This document shows, piece by piece, positions 45,346 through 54,900 of a stretch of 64,000 nucleotides of DNA. Below the pieces are notes generated by a model. The model was not told where the DNA came from. It was given only the letters and a program-made list of their open reading frames with translations, and did no database searches. How positions within the stretch are numbered: the first letter of the stretch is position 1; the number at the start of each line of letters is the position of its first letter. A program made the position numbers and the translations under genes. The DNA is from an uncultured Clostridia bacterium (GTDB taxonomy: Bacteria; Bacillota; Clostridia; TANB77; CAG-508): positions 2,499 to 66,498 of the forward strand of contig CALXPW010000002.1 of assembly GCA_944390365.1 (NCBI GenBank), in the 5' to 3' direction.

Positions 45346-48300
45346 TTAGTCTCTCTTTTTAAGTACAAATACTTTAATCAATACAATTCCAGCTACTAAC
45401 ATTACTGCTACTATTCCTGCTATCATGTAGAAGAAGTTGTTTTCACCAAATGGTGTTAAGATAATTATTCTCTCTGCCATGCTTGCATCTATTTCTGTTG
45501 GGTTATCTAGTAATGGGTCTTGGTTACCTACTACTGAGAATGCCATTCTTCTACCATTTTCGTTAGATGTTTTTACTATCTCTGCCATGTTAGTGTATTG
45601 TAAATCGTCTTCTGTATTTTCTGGTGTGATTAATTGTGATAGTATTAATGTTTGAGTTATTTCTTCACCAGGTAGTAATGCAGTTCCAAAGCTTTCTGTT
45701 TGTATTATTGTATTGAATTGTGCAACGTTCTCTGTCAATCTAGCATTTACTAAATCTCCTCCAACTAAGTCTGCACCAGATATTACTGACCAACCAGCTC
45801 CACTATTTGTTTCATTATTTGCTGCAAATTGTAAGTTGTTTTGTACATAGTCTACTACTTGGTTTGGTGTAGTTGTTGATACATGTGCTCCAGATGTATC
45901 TCCTTTGTAGTAGAAGTTCTTACTGTCTCCATCTACATAATCTGTCTCTCCTACGTTTGTAATTTTAATTGTGTATGTTACTTGAATTGTAGCACCATGC
46001 ATTAACTCTTCATCCATTGTAAGCTGTATTAAACCTTTGTCTGTACCTTGTACTATACCTTGGATTTCATCTCTGAATGAATATCTGTCTTTTCCGTCAT
46101 CTCCGTAGTATTCTTCATACATACCGTCCTGCATTTCTTCATCTACATTATACTCTTTATGATCTTGCCATAAAGCATTATTTGCTGCTTCGTTTATATC
46201 AAATAGTATACTGTTGTTTGCAAGTGTTACTTTAACATTTGATACAGATTTGTCTATTTCAAGTTGTGATTTTGGTCTTTCCTCTATACCAAAGTCTACG
46301 TTTTTCAATTCATAGGTACTGTTGTGTCTATTTCCTGGGTCTACATAATCTTTACTTGAGTTAGATGAGTTATTTTCTTCTTCTTTGTCGCCTTCTGATT
46401 GTTGTCTATCATACTCAAACTCTACTACTATAATACCAGTCTCTGCTGTCATATAAGTATTATCCATTAACTCTCCGTATAGACTTGAATCTCCACTATA
46501 AGGTGAAGCTAGAACCTCTGCAATGTGGTTAGTTACATTCTCTTGGCTGTACTCTATTACCCTATCTCTTCCTGCAACTTCTCTTGCTGAGCTTACAGGT
46601 CCTATTATATTTATGCCCTCTCTGTTAGATGAAGTCCAAATATCTTTTGCATCCGAGTAGTTTGTTGAGTCACTATCTGCTTTATAAATGTCATATCCAT
46701 AAGTGTCTTCAGTTGGTGCTCCTACATTTGGATTATATGTTCCACTAACATTTTGTGTTGCTGTGTTAATATATCCTTGGTATCTACCGTCTATATCGGT
46801 TTGTCCGTTTTGGTCTATACCATCTTGATATGTTGTAGACTTAAAGTCTTGACCATTGTAAGATGTTTCTTGTCCGTCTGATGGTACTACAGTAGCTTCT
46901 GTGTCACCATAGTAGAATCTAATTACATAGTCACCTGGTATATATTCTTCAAAGTTATATTTACCCTCACCATCTGTTGTTGTTTCTTGCCAAATATACT
47001 CTGAACCGTCTACGCATTTTTCAACTAATTGTACAGTTACTCCACTAATACCTATTTCATCGTCTTGTCTTATACCATCACCGATTACTGCATCTCCTGA
47101 AGTTTCGGTTCTTTCATCTTCCCAAACTGTACCGTTTACTTTTCTTATAGCTTCTGGGTCGATTGAAACTCTAATTGATGGAGCTCTATCTGTATCGTCT
47201 TCGAAGTTCTTCTCATATTTTGTTCCTGGTACTACATCTTCATTTTCTAGGTTACCTGGGTTAGAATCTCTATCTAATAATCCGGCAATATCTCCAGATC
47301 CTTTGCTTATACCATTTGGAAGCGATGTACCATCTGCATAGTATGAAATAAATCCGTTAATTTCTGCAATATTCTCTTTTGGACTGCTTTCGTCATCTAG
47401 TATTATTCTATTTCCTTCTTTATTTACTTCAAATGTTAAGTAAATGTATGCTGTTTCACCTGTTGCTAATTTCTTGCCTTCTAGGCCATTTACATATAAG
47501 TTTTGATATCCACTTATGCTCTTTTCATCACCATATCTGCTTGAGCCTTCGGTTGCATTTGCATCTTGTGCATTGTCTATAAATTGTGTTGCTGATGTGC
47601 TTTCTGCATCTATGATTTCTTGGTCTTGATCCATCATTTCGTAATATTTATCTTTATCTATTCCCGTACGTGAGCTACCTGATGTTTGATAAATTACCCA
47701 TGATAGATTTGGTTTATATGTGTAGTCTACATCATAGTAGTCTACTACTTCTTGTATTTGTGCCATTATACTCATTGATTGGTTTCTAAGTGTTATTTTG
47801 TATGTTATATATACCTCTAAGTCTGTACCAGGGTGTCCCATTTGCGCCGAGTCATAACTATAATCTGTTTCATATATTTCTCTGTTATATCCACTGTTAT
47901 AGTATGCTTCATAATCTGACATTCTGACATTTATATCCCAATATGTGTCATTATCTTGTCCGTCTGCACTATTTGCTCCTTCTTCCTCTTCTGCTCTTTT
48001 CTCGTAAGTATATATTACTGTTTTGTCATTTATCTTTAATGCTCCTTTATATATATCTTTTCTAAGGGCTAGGTCAAGTTCTTGTCTTCTCCATAAACCT
48101 AAGTTTATGTATAGCTGTCCTGGATAAATAGGTTTAAATTCTGTTCCTGCTATTGTAATTGAGCTTGTGTCATATTCTACTGCCCATGGATCTTCTGCCT
48201 TTCTATCTTCTTCACTTTCATTTATTACAAATTGCTCATATACTGGATATAGGTCTGGTTCTCCTGCTCCCTGTGATGCCGTATATGCTTGTATTGCACT

Positions 48301-51300
48301 ATCTTCAAGGAATTGTGCTATTCTTGTTCCTTCTTCGCTACCATCTATTGATGAGTAAATACTCTTCATTGCTTCATCATCAGGATATTCTTGATTGCCT
48401 TCTATGTATTCTCTTATAGCCTGTGATACTGCACCTTCTGTCCATTCATCTGTTTCAAGTCCATTTTCATCAAATTCGTATCCGTCAATCCATTGAGTTT
48501 TTGACTTAGAATAAGTTCCATTTTCTGTTAATTCATAACCCATTAAGTCTAATTGGTTATATGCTGCATTTTCTGAGCCAGCACCCATTGAATTGCTTGA
48601 TGGATAGTTACTTGGATATGCTGCAATTTCTTGGAATCTTTCGTCATATTCGTTTCTTCCAATTTCTACACCTTCTGTTCCTGCTGTTTCCGCTTCTGTT
48701 GCCTTTGATGTTACCTCCCACTCTTCTGTATTATATGCATCAATGCTCATATTATAATCTGTTGGTAAATAACGTTGTCCATTATATTCAAATACTACAT
48801 AGTATTTCTTTAATGGGTCTAATCCTAAGAATAGGTATCTACCCTCTTCATCGGTATAGGTTGGGTTAATACAATAGTATATATTTCTTTCCTTGTCTTC
48901 ATTATCTACTGATAATTCTACTAAGTTTCCGTCTTCATCATATAATGATACTTTTATGTTTTTGTATCTTCTATCTCCTTCTGTTGTACTTACACCATCT
49001 GCTAATGTCTCTTTACCTGATAGAGTCTCTTCCCATACATAACCTCCAAGTTTCATTGTAATATTTATTCCTTCGTCTGGTGGAGATTCTGGTGGTATAT
49101 CAGGTGGTGTACCTCCATCTGTTTCTATACCAATTTCAAGTGATGTTGCGTGTAGTACTCTTTCTATATTTAATAATGCAAAGTGATCTTGTACTTCTAT
49201 TGGCTTTAAACGTGAATAATCTTCATTATATCCTGTATGTTGATAAATATCTGGTAATGCTATTCCTATTCCTAATGCAGTAAGTATTTCTTTAATAGGA
49301 ATAAGTGTACTACTTTGAATTATTGGGTTAGATTTCCATTGAACCTCATATACATAACCTATCATTTCACATATTTCTGCTCCTGCAGTCATCCATTTAA
49401 AGTCTATGTGTAATACTAATTTACTTACCCTTTCTGCTTGTGTGGTTACACCCTCATTTGGATTTTCTATTCTTAAGTAAAATTCTTCCTCTCCAGCTGA
49501 AACTCCTTTTGGATAAACTTGCTCTTCACGACTTATGTAAGATTTATCACCTGTCTCTGGTTCAAAAAATTTTAGATCGTACTCAGTATCGTTATATATG
49601 TATTTTTCTATTTCTATTTTTTCTTTTACTACCTCATCATCTGAGTTAAGTCCTATAAAGTACATATCAGAGATTCCACCAAAGGTTACTCCTTCATATA
49701 CACCACAAATATAATCTATTGAGTATGGTCCTACTGTAATTTTTTGTGAATCATAGTCAGCATATACTCTTACTTCTTCTGGGTCTGTTAAATCTTCTGG
49801 CATAACACTTAACTCTTCTTGATCTGCTTCTTTTGCTTCTTCCATTTTATCATGGAATTCTTCGTATTTTAAAGCTTCTTCATATAAATCTCTTGCACCT
49901 TCTTGAATGTCTGTAGATTTACCTTTTTGTTTACCATAATCTGTAAACCATACTGCGTTTTGTTTTTTTACATCCCATTCTCCAAAAGTTGGATATGTTA
50001 AAATATATGCCATATCAGGATGATATTGAGAACCACTTTTATCTGTTAAATCGTATTCTTGTCCTGTACAATGCAAGAAAGGATATGTTCTTTCTCCATT
50101 ATGTTCTTCCCAATTCTCAATATGTACTGGAAATGCTCCTATTCCTCCTCCTTGTATTACAGAGCCTATTGCATTTTCTACAAATTCTTTTAATGCGTCT
50201 GCCCCTGCTTCTGGATCATCACCACTTGTAATATTTTCTAGTAAATCCATTATCATTCCTAAATCTCCTACTACGATATCAGGATTTTTAGTTCCAAATC
50301 CAATGGATTGATTTGCATCTCCTTGATGTATCCATTGTTTAAATAGTGGATTTCCATAATAATATCCATATTCTGATGCTTCTTCATATGTTAATTCTCC
50401 AGATAAAGCTTCAAATTTTGCGCCATGCTCTGAACAATATAAGATTATTGAAGCTGTAGATTTTGCCATACCAGACTCACCTGTTGGCATTGTGGTTCCA
50501 TCACCTGAATGTATTCCATCGGTTTTAGATGTATATTTTTTTATTTCATAACCGGTTACAATATTTGGCGCTTTACTTATAGATACTTTTCCTGTATCAT
50601 TATCCATAATCATTCCAGTTGATGGGTGTGCAAAGTCTTTTGTTCCTTCTTCTAATGTTACAACTTTAAATGTTCCGTCTTCGTTTCTTTCTACTTTTAG
50701 TATTTCACCTGCTTCACTATCAACTATAGTGCTACCACCAGAACTTCCAGAACCTCCTGTACTTCCACTAGAGCCACCTGTACTTCCAGAACCTCCTGAT
50801 CCACCAGAACCACCTGTACTTCCTCCAGAACCTCCTGTACTTCCAAATTCTATGTCGATGTTTCCTATATCTCCTAAGTCTATAGAAATATCAAACGAAT
50901 CATCAGGTAAAATATCAGAAATAATATCATTTACTCTATCTGTTATATTACTTTTCAAGTTTGTAAGACCATCAGTTGCTAAATCTGTTACTATATCTGT
51001 TAAACTATCTTTTATTTGTTCTGGTGTTATATTAGTTACTGTATCAATCATATTTTTTATGTCATCTACAGTTGTGTTTGATATTTTATCTACGACCATA
51101 TCTACAACAGTATCTGATATTGAGTCTGGCAATATGTCTGATACTATATCAGATGTTATGTTTGTTAAAATATCTTTTGCTACTGTCTTTGACATATCTT
51201 TAAAGATGTCTTCTAATTTGTCAGTAGATAAGTCAGTCAAAACACCTGATATTTTTTCTCCTATATCACCAGATAATATATCTGGCAATTCACCTGATAG

Positions 51301-51945
51301 AACATCAGATACAATATTTGGTAATTCTTTTTCTAAAGCACTAGTTAAATAATTTGTTATTTTATTATCTGGTAAATCTTCTGATATATTTGCTAATTGC
51401 TCTTGTAGAAAATCTGTAACCTTACCTTCTACAACACTAGTTAATTTACCCTTTAATGCTTCTGTTAAATCTTCACCTGAAATGTCAAATCCTGAATCTA
51501 AAAATTTACGTATTTCATCCGGATCGATTTCTACATTAGTTTTTTTACCATTTGGATCTGTATAAGTTATATTATACGATAAGTCTCCTGCTTTAGTAAA
51601 TTCTTTTATTATCTCTGTTATAGTAGTACCATCTTCTCTATGTTCTGTAATGGTTTCAGTTGTTACTACGGTTCCATCAGCTAATGTTGTTGTTGATTTA
51701 TCACTTGAAGTTAGTGAGCTTTCTGTTTCTTCTGTATCACCTGCAGATTTAAAATCTGAACTACCATTTGTACTTGTTACTTCTAAAGAATTATCATTTT
51801 CTTTTAATCCAACAATTATTTCATTTAGTTTGTCATAGTCGGTTGCTAGAGCTGGTTTACAAATTACTGATAATGTAATTATTATAACAACTACTATCAT
51901 TGTGCTAATAATTTTATTACGCTTCCTACTTTTCATTGACTTCAT
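45346..51945 (-). CDS. giant (2199 aa) surface protein: signal/TM N-terminus, acidic repeat region, Gly/Ser linker, thioester-domain-like region, SdrD-B/Cna-B-like domains, C-terminal TM tail anchor
   Basis: RBS AGGAGG. N-terminal KIISTMIVVVIIITLSVI. A GSTGGSGGSTGG... tract. ILYCSEHG ... KKQNAVWFTD (a TED-like Cys/Gln pair). GGYVWEETLSGK... and GTVWEDERTETSGD...GVTVQL...TDGEGKYNFEEYIPGDYVIRF (SdrD B-like). C-terminal FFYMIAGIVAVMLVAGIVLIKVFVLKKRD, with no LPXTG. Confidence 0.8.
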   Translation of the reverse strand: MKSMKSRKRNKIISTMIVVVIIITLSVICKPALATDYDKLNEIIVGLKENDNSLEVTSTNGSSDFKSAGDTEETESSLTSSDKSTTTLADGTVVTTETITEHREDGTTITEIIKEFTKAGDLSYNITYTDPNGKKTNVEIDPDEIRKFLDSGFDISGEDLTEALKGKLTSVVEGKVTDFLQEQLANISEDLPDNKITNYLTSALEKELPNIVSDVLSGELPDILSGDIGEKISGVLTDLSTDKLEDIFKDMSKTVAKDILTNITSDIVSDILPDSISDTVVDMVVDKISNTTVDDIKNMIDTVTNITPEQIKDSLTDIVTDLATDGLTNLKSNITDRVNDIISDILPDDSFDISIDLGDIGNIDIEFGSTGGSGGSTGGSGGSGGSGSTGGSSGSTGGSGSSGGSTIVDSEAGEILKVERNEDGTFKVVTLEEGTKDFAHPSTGMIMDNDTGKVSISKAPNIVTGYEIKKYTSKTDGIHSGDGTTMPTGESGMAKSTASIILYCSEHGAKFEALSGELTYEEASEYGYYYGNPLFKQWIHQGDANQSIGFGTKNPDIVVGDLGMIMDLLENITSGDDPEAGADALKEFVENAIGSVIQGGGIGAFPVHIENWEEHNGERTYPFLHCTGQEYDLTDKSGSQYHPDMAYILTYPTFGEWDVKKQNAVWFTDYGKQKGKSTDIQEGARDLYEEALKYEEFHDKMEEAKEADQEELSVMPEDLTDPEEVRVYADYDSQKITVGPYSIDYICGVYEGVTFGGISDMYFIGLNSDDEVVKEKIEIEKYIYNDTEYDLKFFEPETGDKSYISREEQVYPKGVSAGEEEFYLRIENPNEGVTTQAERVSKLVLHIDFKWMTAGAEICEMIGYVYEVQWKSNPIIQSSTLIPIKEILTALGIGIALPDIYQHTGYNEDYSRLKPIEVQDHFALLNIERVLHATSLEIGIETDGGTPPDIPPESPPDEGINITMKLGGYVWEETLSGKETLADGVSTTEGDRRYKNIKVSLYDEDGNLVELSVDNEDKERNIYYCINPTYTDEEGRYLFLGLDPLKKYYVVFEYNGQRYLPTDYNMSIDAYNTEEWEVTSKATEAETAGTEGVEIGRNEYDERFQEIAAYPSNYPSSNSMGAGSENAAYNQLDLMGYELTENGTYSKSKTQWIDGYEFDENGLETDEWTEGAVSQAIREYIEGNQEYPDDEAMKSIYSSIDGSEEGTRIAQFLEDSAIQAYTASQGAGEPDLYPVYEQFVINESEEDRKAEDPWAVEYDTSSITIAGTEFKPIYPGQLYINLGLWRRQELDLALRKDIYKGALKINDKTVIYTYEKRAEEEEGANSADGQDNDTYWDINVRMSDYEAYYNSGYNREIYETDYSYDSAQMGHPGTDLEVYITYKITLRNQSMSIMAQIQEVVDYYDVDYTYKPNLSWVIYQTSGSSRTGIDKDKYYEMMDQDQEIIDAESTSATQFIDNAQDANATEGSSRYGDEKSISGYQNLYVNGLEGKKLATGETAYIYLTFEVNKEGNRIILDDESSPKENIAEINGFISYYADGTSLPNGISKGSGDIAGLLDRDSNPGNLENEDVVPGTKYEKNFEDDTDRAPSIRVSIDPEAIRKVNGTVWEDERTETSGDAVIGDGIRQDDEIGISGVTVQLVEKCVDGSEYIWQETTTDGEGKYNFEEYIPGDYVIRFYYGDTEATVVPSDGQETSYNGQDFKSTTYQDGIDQNGQTDIDGRYQGYINTATQNVSGTYNPNVGAPTEDTYGYDIYKADSDSTNYSDAKDIWTSSNREGINIIGPVSSAREVAGRDRVIEYSQENVTNHIAEVLASPYSGDSSLYGELMDNTYMTAETGIIVVEFEYDRQQSEGDKEEENNSSNSSKDYVDPGNRHNSTYELKNVDFGIEERPKSQLEIDKSVSNVKVTLANNSILFDINEAANNALWQDHKEYNVDEEMQDGMYEEYYGDDGKDRYSFRDEIQGIVQGTDKGLIQLTMDEELMHGATIQVTYTIKITNVGETDYVDGDSKNFYYKGDTSGAHVSTTTPNQVVDYVQNNLQFAANNETNSGAGWSVISGADLVGGDLVNARLTENVAQFNTIIQTESFGTALLPGEEITQTLILSQLITPENTEDDLQYTNMAEIVKTSNENGRRMAFSVVGNQDPLLDNPTEIDASMAERIIILTPFGENNFFYMIAGIVAVMLVAGIVLIKVFVLKKRD

Positions 51946-51965
51946 TCTATACTTTCCTCCTTTCT

Positions 51966-54900
51966 TTATTTTTTCTTATTTAATATAAATTTTTTAATTC
52001 CATATATACCAAATCCTAACATTGTAACTACTACTAAGGTAATAGCTGTATACATTATTGCTGCACCTGTTACAATACCTACTATTACTTCTGCTTTGCC
52101 TAAATCGTCTTCTTCGCTATTATTATTGTTTACAGTTGAATCAATGTCTTGTAACCCCATCTCATTATAGCTTTCGTATATTTCTGCATTATTCTCTAGT
52201 ATATCTAACATATCTTCCGTTATATTTATGCTTATTACTAATGTTAATTCTTTTGATTCTCCTGGATTTATTATTTCATCTGATAATGTTGAATTATATA
52301 TATTTCCATTATCTGACAAATACCAGTCTGGGTTTAGTTCCGTGCTAAAGTTTACTTTGTCTGGTAAATAATCTACTATCTTACTTGCATAACCAGGTAC
52401 TGAACCTTCATTTGTAACTACTATTTTGTATTCTATTACTGCACTACTTTGTCCAACATTTCTTTCTAGAACTTCTACTTTTCCTAAAGTAGTATTTCTC
52501 TCATATTCATCAACTCTTGTTCCTATTGTAGGAGTTGTAAGAGTTATTTTATTAACATATTTATCTAGCCTTAGGTCAAATTTAGTTGCTGTGTATATAC
52601 CTATGTCTATATCTCTTACATTTTCTCCATCTACTGTTAATACGTCTGTCATACCTGCAAGTCTTCTTTCTCCATCAATTGTTATATTAACATCTATTGC
52701 ATCTGAATTAAATCTTTCATTTACATCTTCTTTTCTGTATTCTGTTAAGCTATAATTTGATGAATCATATACAAATACTACAACATATTCTCCATTTGGT
52801 AAATTGCTAAAAGTATATGTTCCATTATTAGATGTTGTTGTTCTTTTTTGCTCTCCTGTGTCTGGATCTGTAATTATTGCACTTGTATCTTTATTTAATA
52901 ACAATACTTGCATGTCTGGTACTTTTTGCTCAGAACTATCTCTTTCTCCATCTCCATCTGCATCTATCCATGCTGTACCTGTTATTCTATACCTGTTTGG
53001 TTTATTAGTTCCTCCTCCACTACTTCCATTTCCACCTTGGTTATGGTTTGCATTTGGGTCATACTCAATTATTGCTGTTACTTCATTTGAGGTAACTGGT
53101 TCAAATCCAAATGCTTCTATTGTTGCAGATGTTTTAACTTCTCTATCATTTTCGTCTGGTAACAAATCTGCTCTAACTTTTACATCAACTTCTGCTATAG
53201 CTCCAGCTTCTAATTCTACTATGTCTACTGTAACTGTACCGTTAGATGAGCTTTTTACTTTTCCCTCATCATCTCCACTTGTATATGTTGCTTCTACAAA
53301 AGTTAAACCTTCTGGAAGAGTCATTTTCATTTTATTTGTCATAGATATAGAATCACTATTATTTGTTATTCTAAAGTGATAACTATATTCTGTTCCCTCT
53401 TTAATGTATATGTCTGATAATTCATCTTGAACTATACTCAAGTCTATTTTATCTGTACTGTATCTTCTTACATTTGAATATTGTGTATCTATACCATCTG
53501 CTGTAGCTGTTATTATTGATGTTAAATCTCCTTTAAAATCCTTTACTTCAAATTTAACATATGCATATGTAGTTGTTGTTGAGTCATTGCCTATCATACT
53601 TAGTTGACCTACATTTATAGAAATGTTTTGTCCGTCTATAGTTACTCCATCTTTTACCCTGTCTCCATTTTCATTTAAATATGACACATCTTTAATTTCT
53701 ATGCCTTCTGGAAAATTTAAATTTAATGTTACATTTGATAAATTTTTATCAATTGAAATATTTTCTACCTCAATAGCATATTCCACAATTCTACCTTCAC
53801 GTAATACTTCATCCGAATCAGCATTTGGTATATTAACTATTTTTAATTCTCCTTCAGTTACCGTGAAAGTATATGGTGTCGCTTGAATTTCTCCCGTTAT
53901 ATTATCTGCTATCAATGATGCATTGTTTTCTATTTCAGAATTTCCCATTATAACATCACCGAAATCAACCACATTATTTACTCTTAATTCATATCTCACA
54001 GTTGCAGTTTCTCCTGCTGGAATATTACCTACATCTATTATTTTTTCGCTATTATCACTATCAACATAAGCTCTCTCGCCTATTGGTAATTCTGTATGTA
54101 CTGTTCCTGTTGGAGCAATTGCTTTTAATTTTGCGTTTTCTATGTCTGTGTTTCCTGTATTCTTAATTGTAGCAGTCATCTCTACAATTTGTCCACCTCT
54201 TACTGCATCTGTTGCAGTAGAAAGTGTTATTTCTGCTTCTGGCCCTTCACCTGTTGAGAATCCAATTACTGATGATGCTTTGCTCTCTACCATTGAGCCT
54301 ATGTCAGAGTCATTTGTGTAGTATACTTTATACATTGTGTATGTGTCATTGTCTGGTGTTAAGTTTTCTGGCATTACCATGTCGTAGCTTATATCTATTT
54401 TAGTTCCAGATTCCATTTTATAATCATCATTAAATACTATTAAGTATGATTTTGAACTTGTTCTTGCTGTTGTAGACCAACCATTGTTACTATCTTGTAA
54501 ATCTTTTGTAGCATTTGCGTTATCTGAATAATATACTGTGTAGTTTGCACTATCTACTCCAGATACTTGAACTTGTGTTGCAAGTGGCATTGAGAATGTT
54601 GATCCCATTTCATCGTTTGTGTCTATTTGTGTATTACCTTGTGCTGGAATTCTTCCTAATATTGATACTTTACTTATATCATTACTATAGTTATTTATTA
54701 CTGTTCCTTCTATTGTTGTTGTCCTTTCATCTGAGTATGTATCTATTGGTAATGTAATTGGTTCTTCTGATATTGATAATATATCTTCTGCACCGTCTTT
54801 ATAGTTGCTTACTCCATTTGCTGTAACTACTCCACTAGGTGCAATATAAGAAATATCTGCTGACAAGCTTCCTTCTGTGTTTGTAGCCACTTCGTTTTCA

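Noticed and set aside
45346-45480. Search for an LPXTG-type sortase signal at the C-termini of the two giant proteins
   Set aside because: No LPXTG, SPKTG or NPQTN-like motif precedes either terminal TM helix. I therefore did not annotate them as sortase substrates.
50729-51352. 207-aa plus-strand ORF, Pro/Glu/Leu-rich (MLPPELPEPPVLPLEPP...)
   Set aside because: It is the antisense shadow of the Gly/Ser tract and acidic repeats of the 2199-aa minus-strand gene. It has no RBS and its composition is dictated by the sense strand. The same applies to 52804..53379, 52426..52755, 55048..55386, 43896..44291, 42624..43028, 63423..63863 and 60463..60873.
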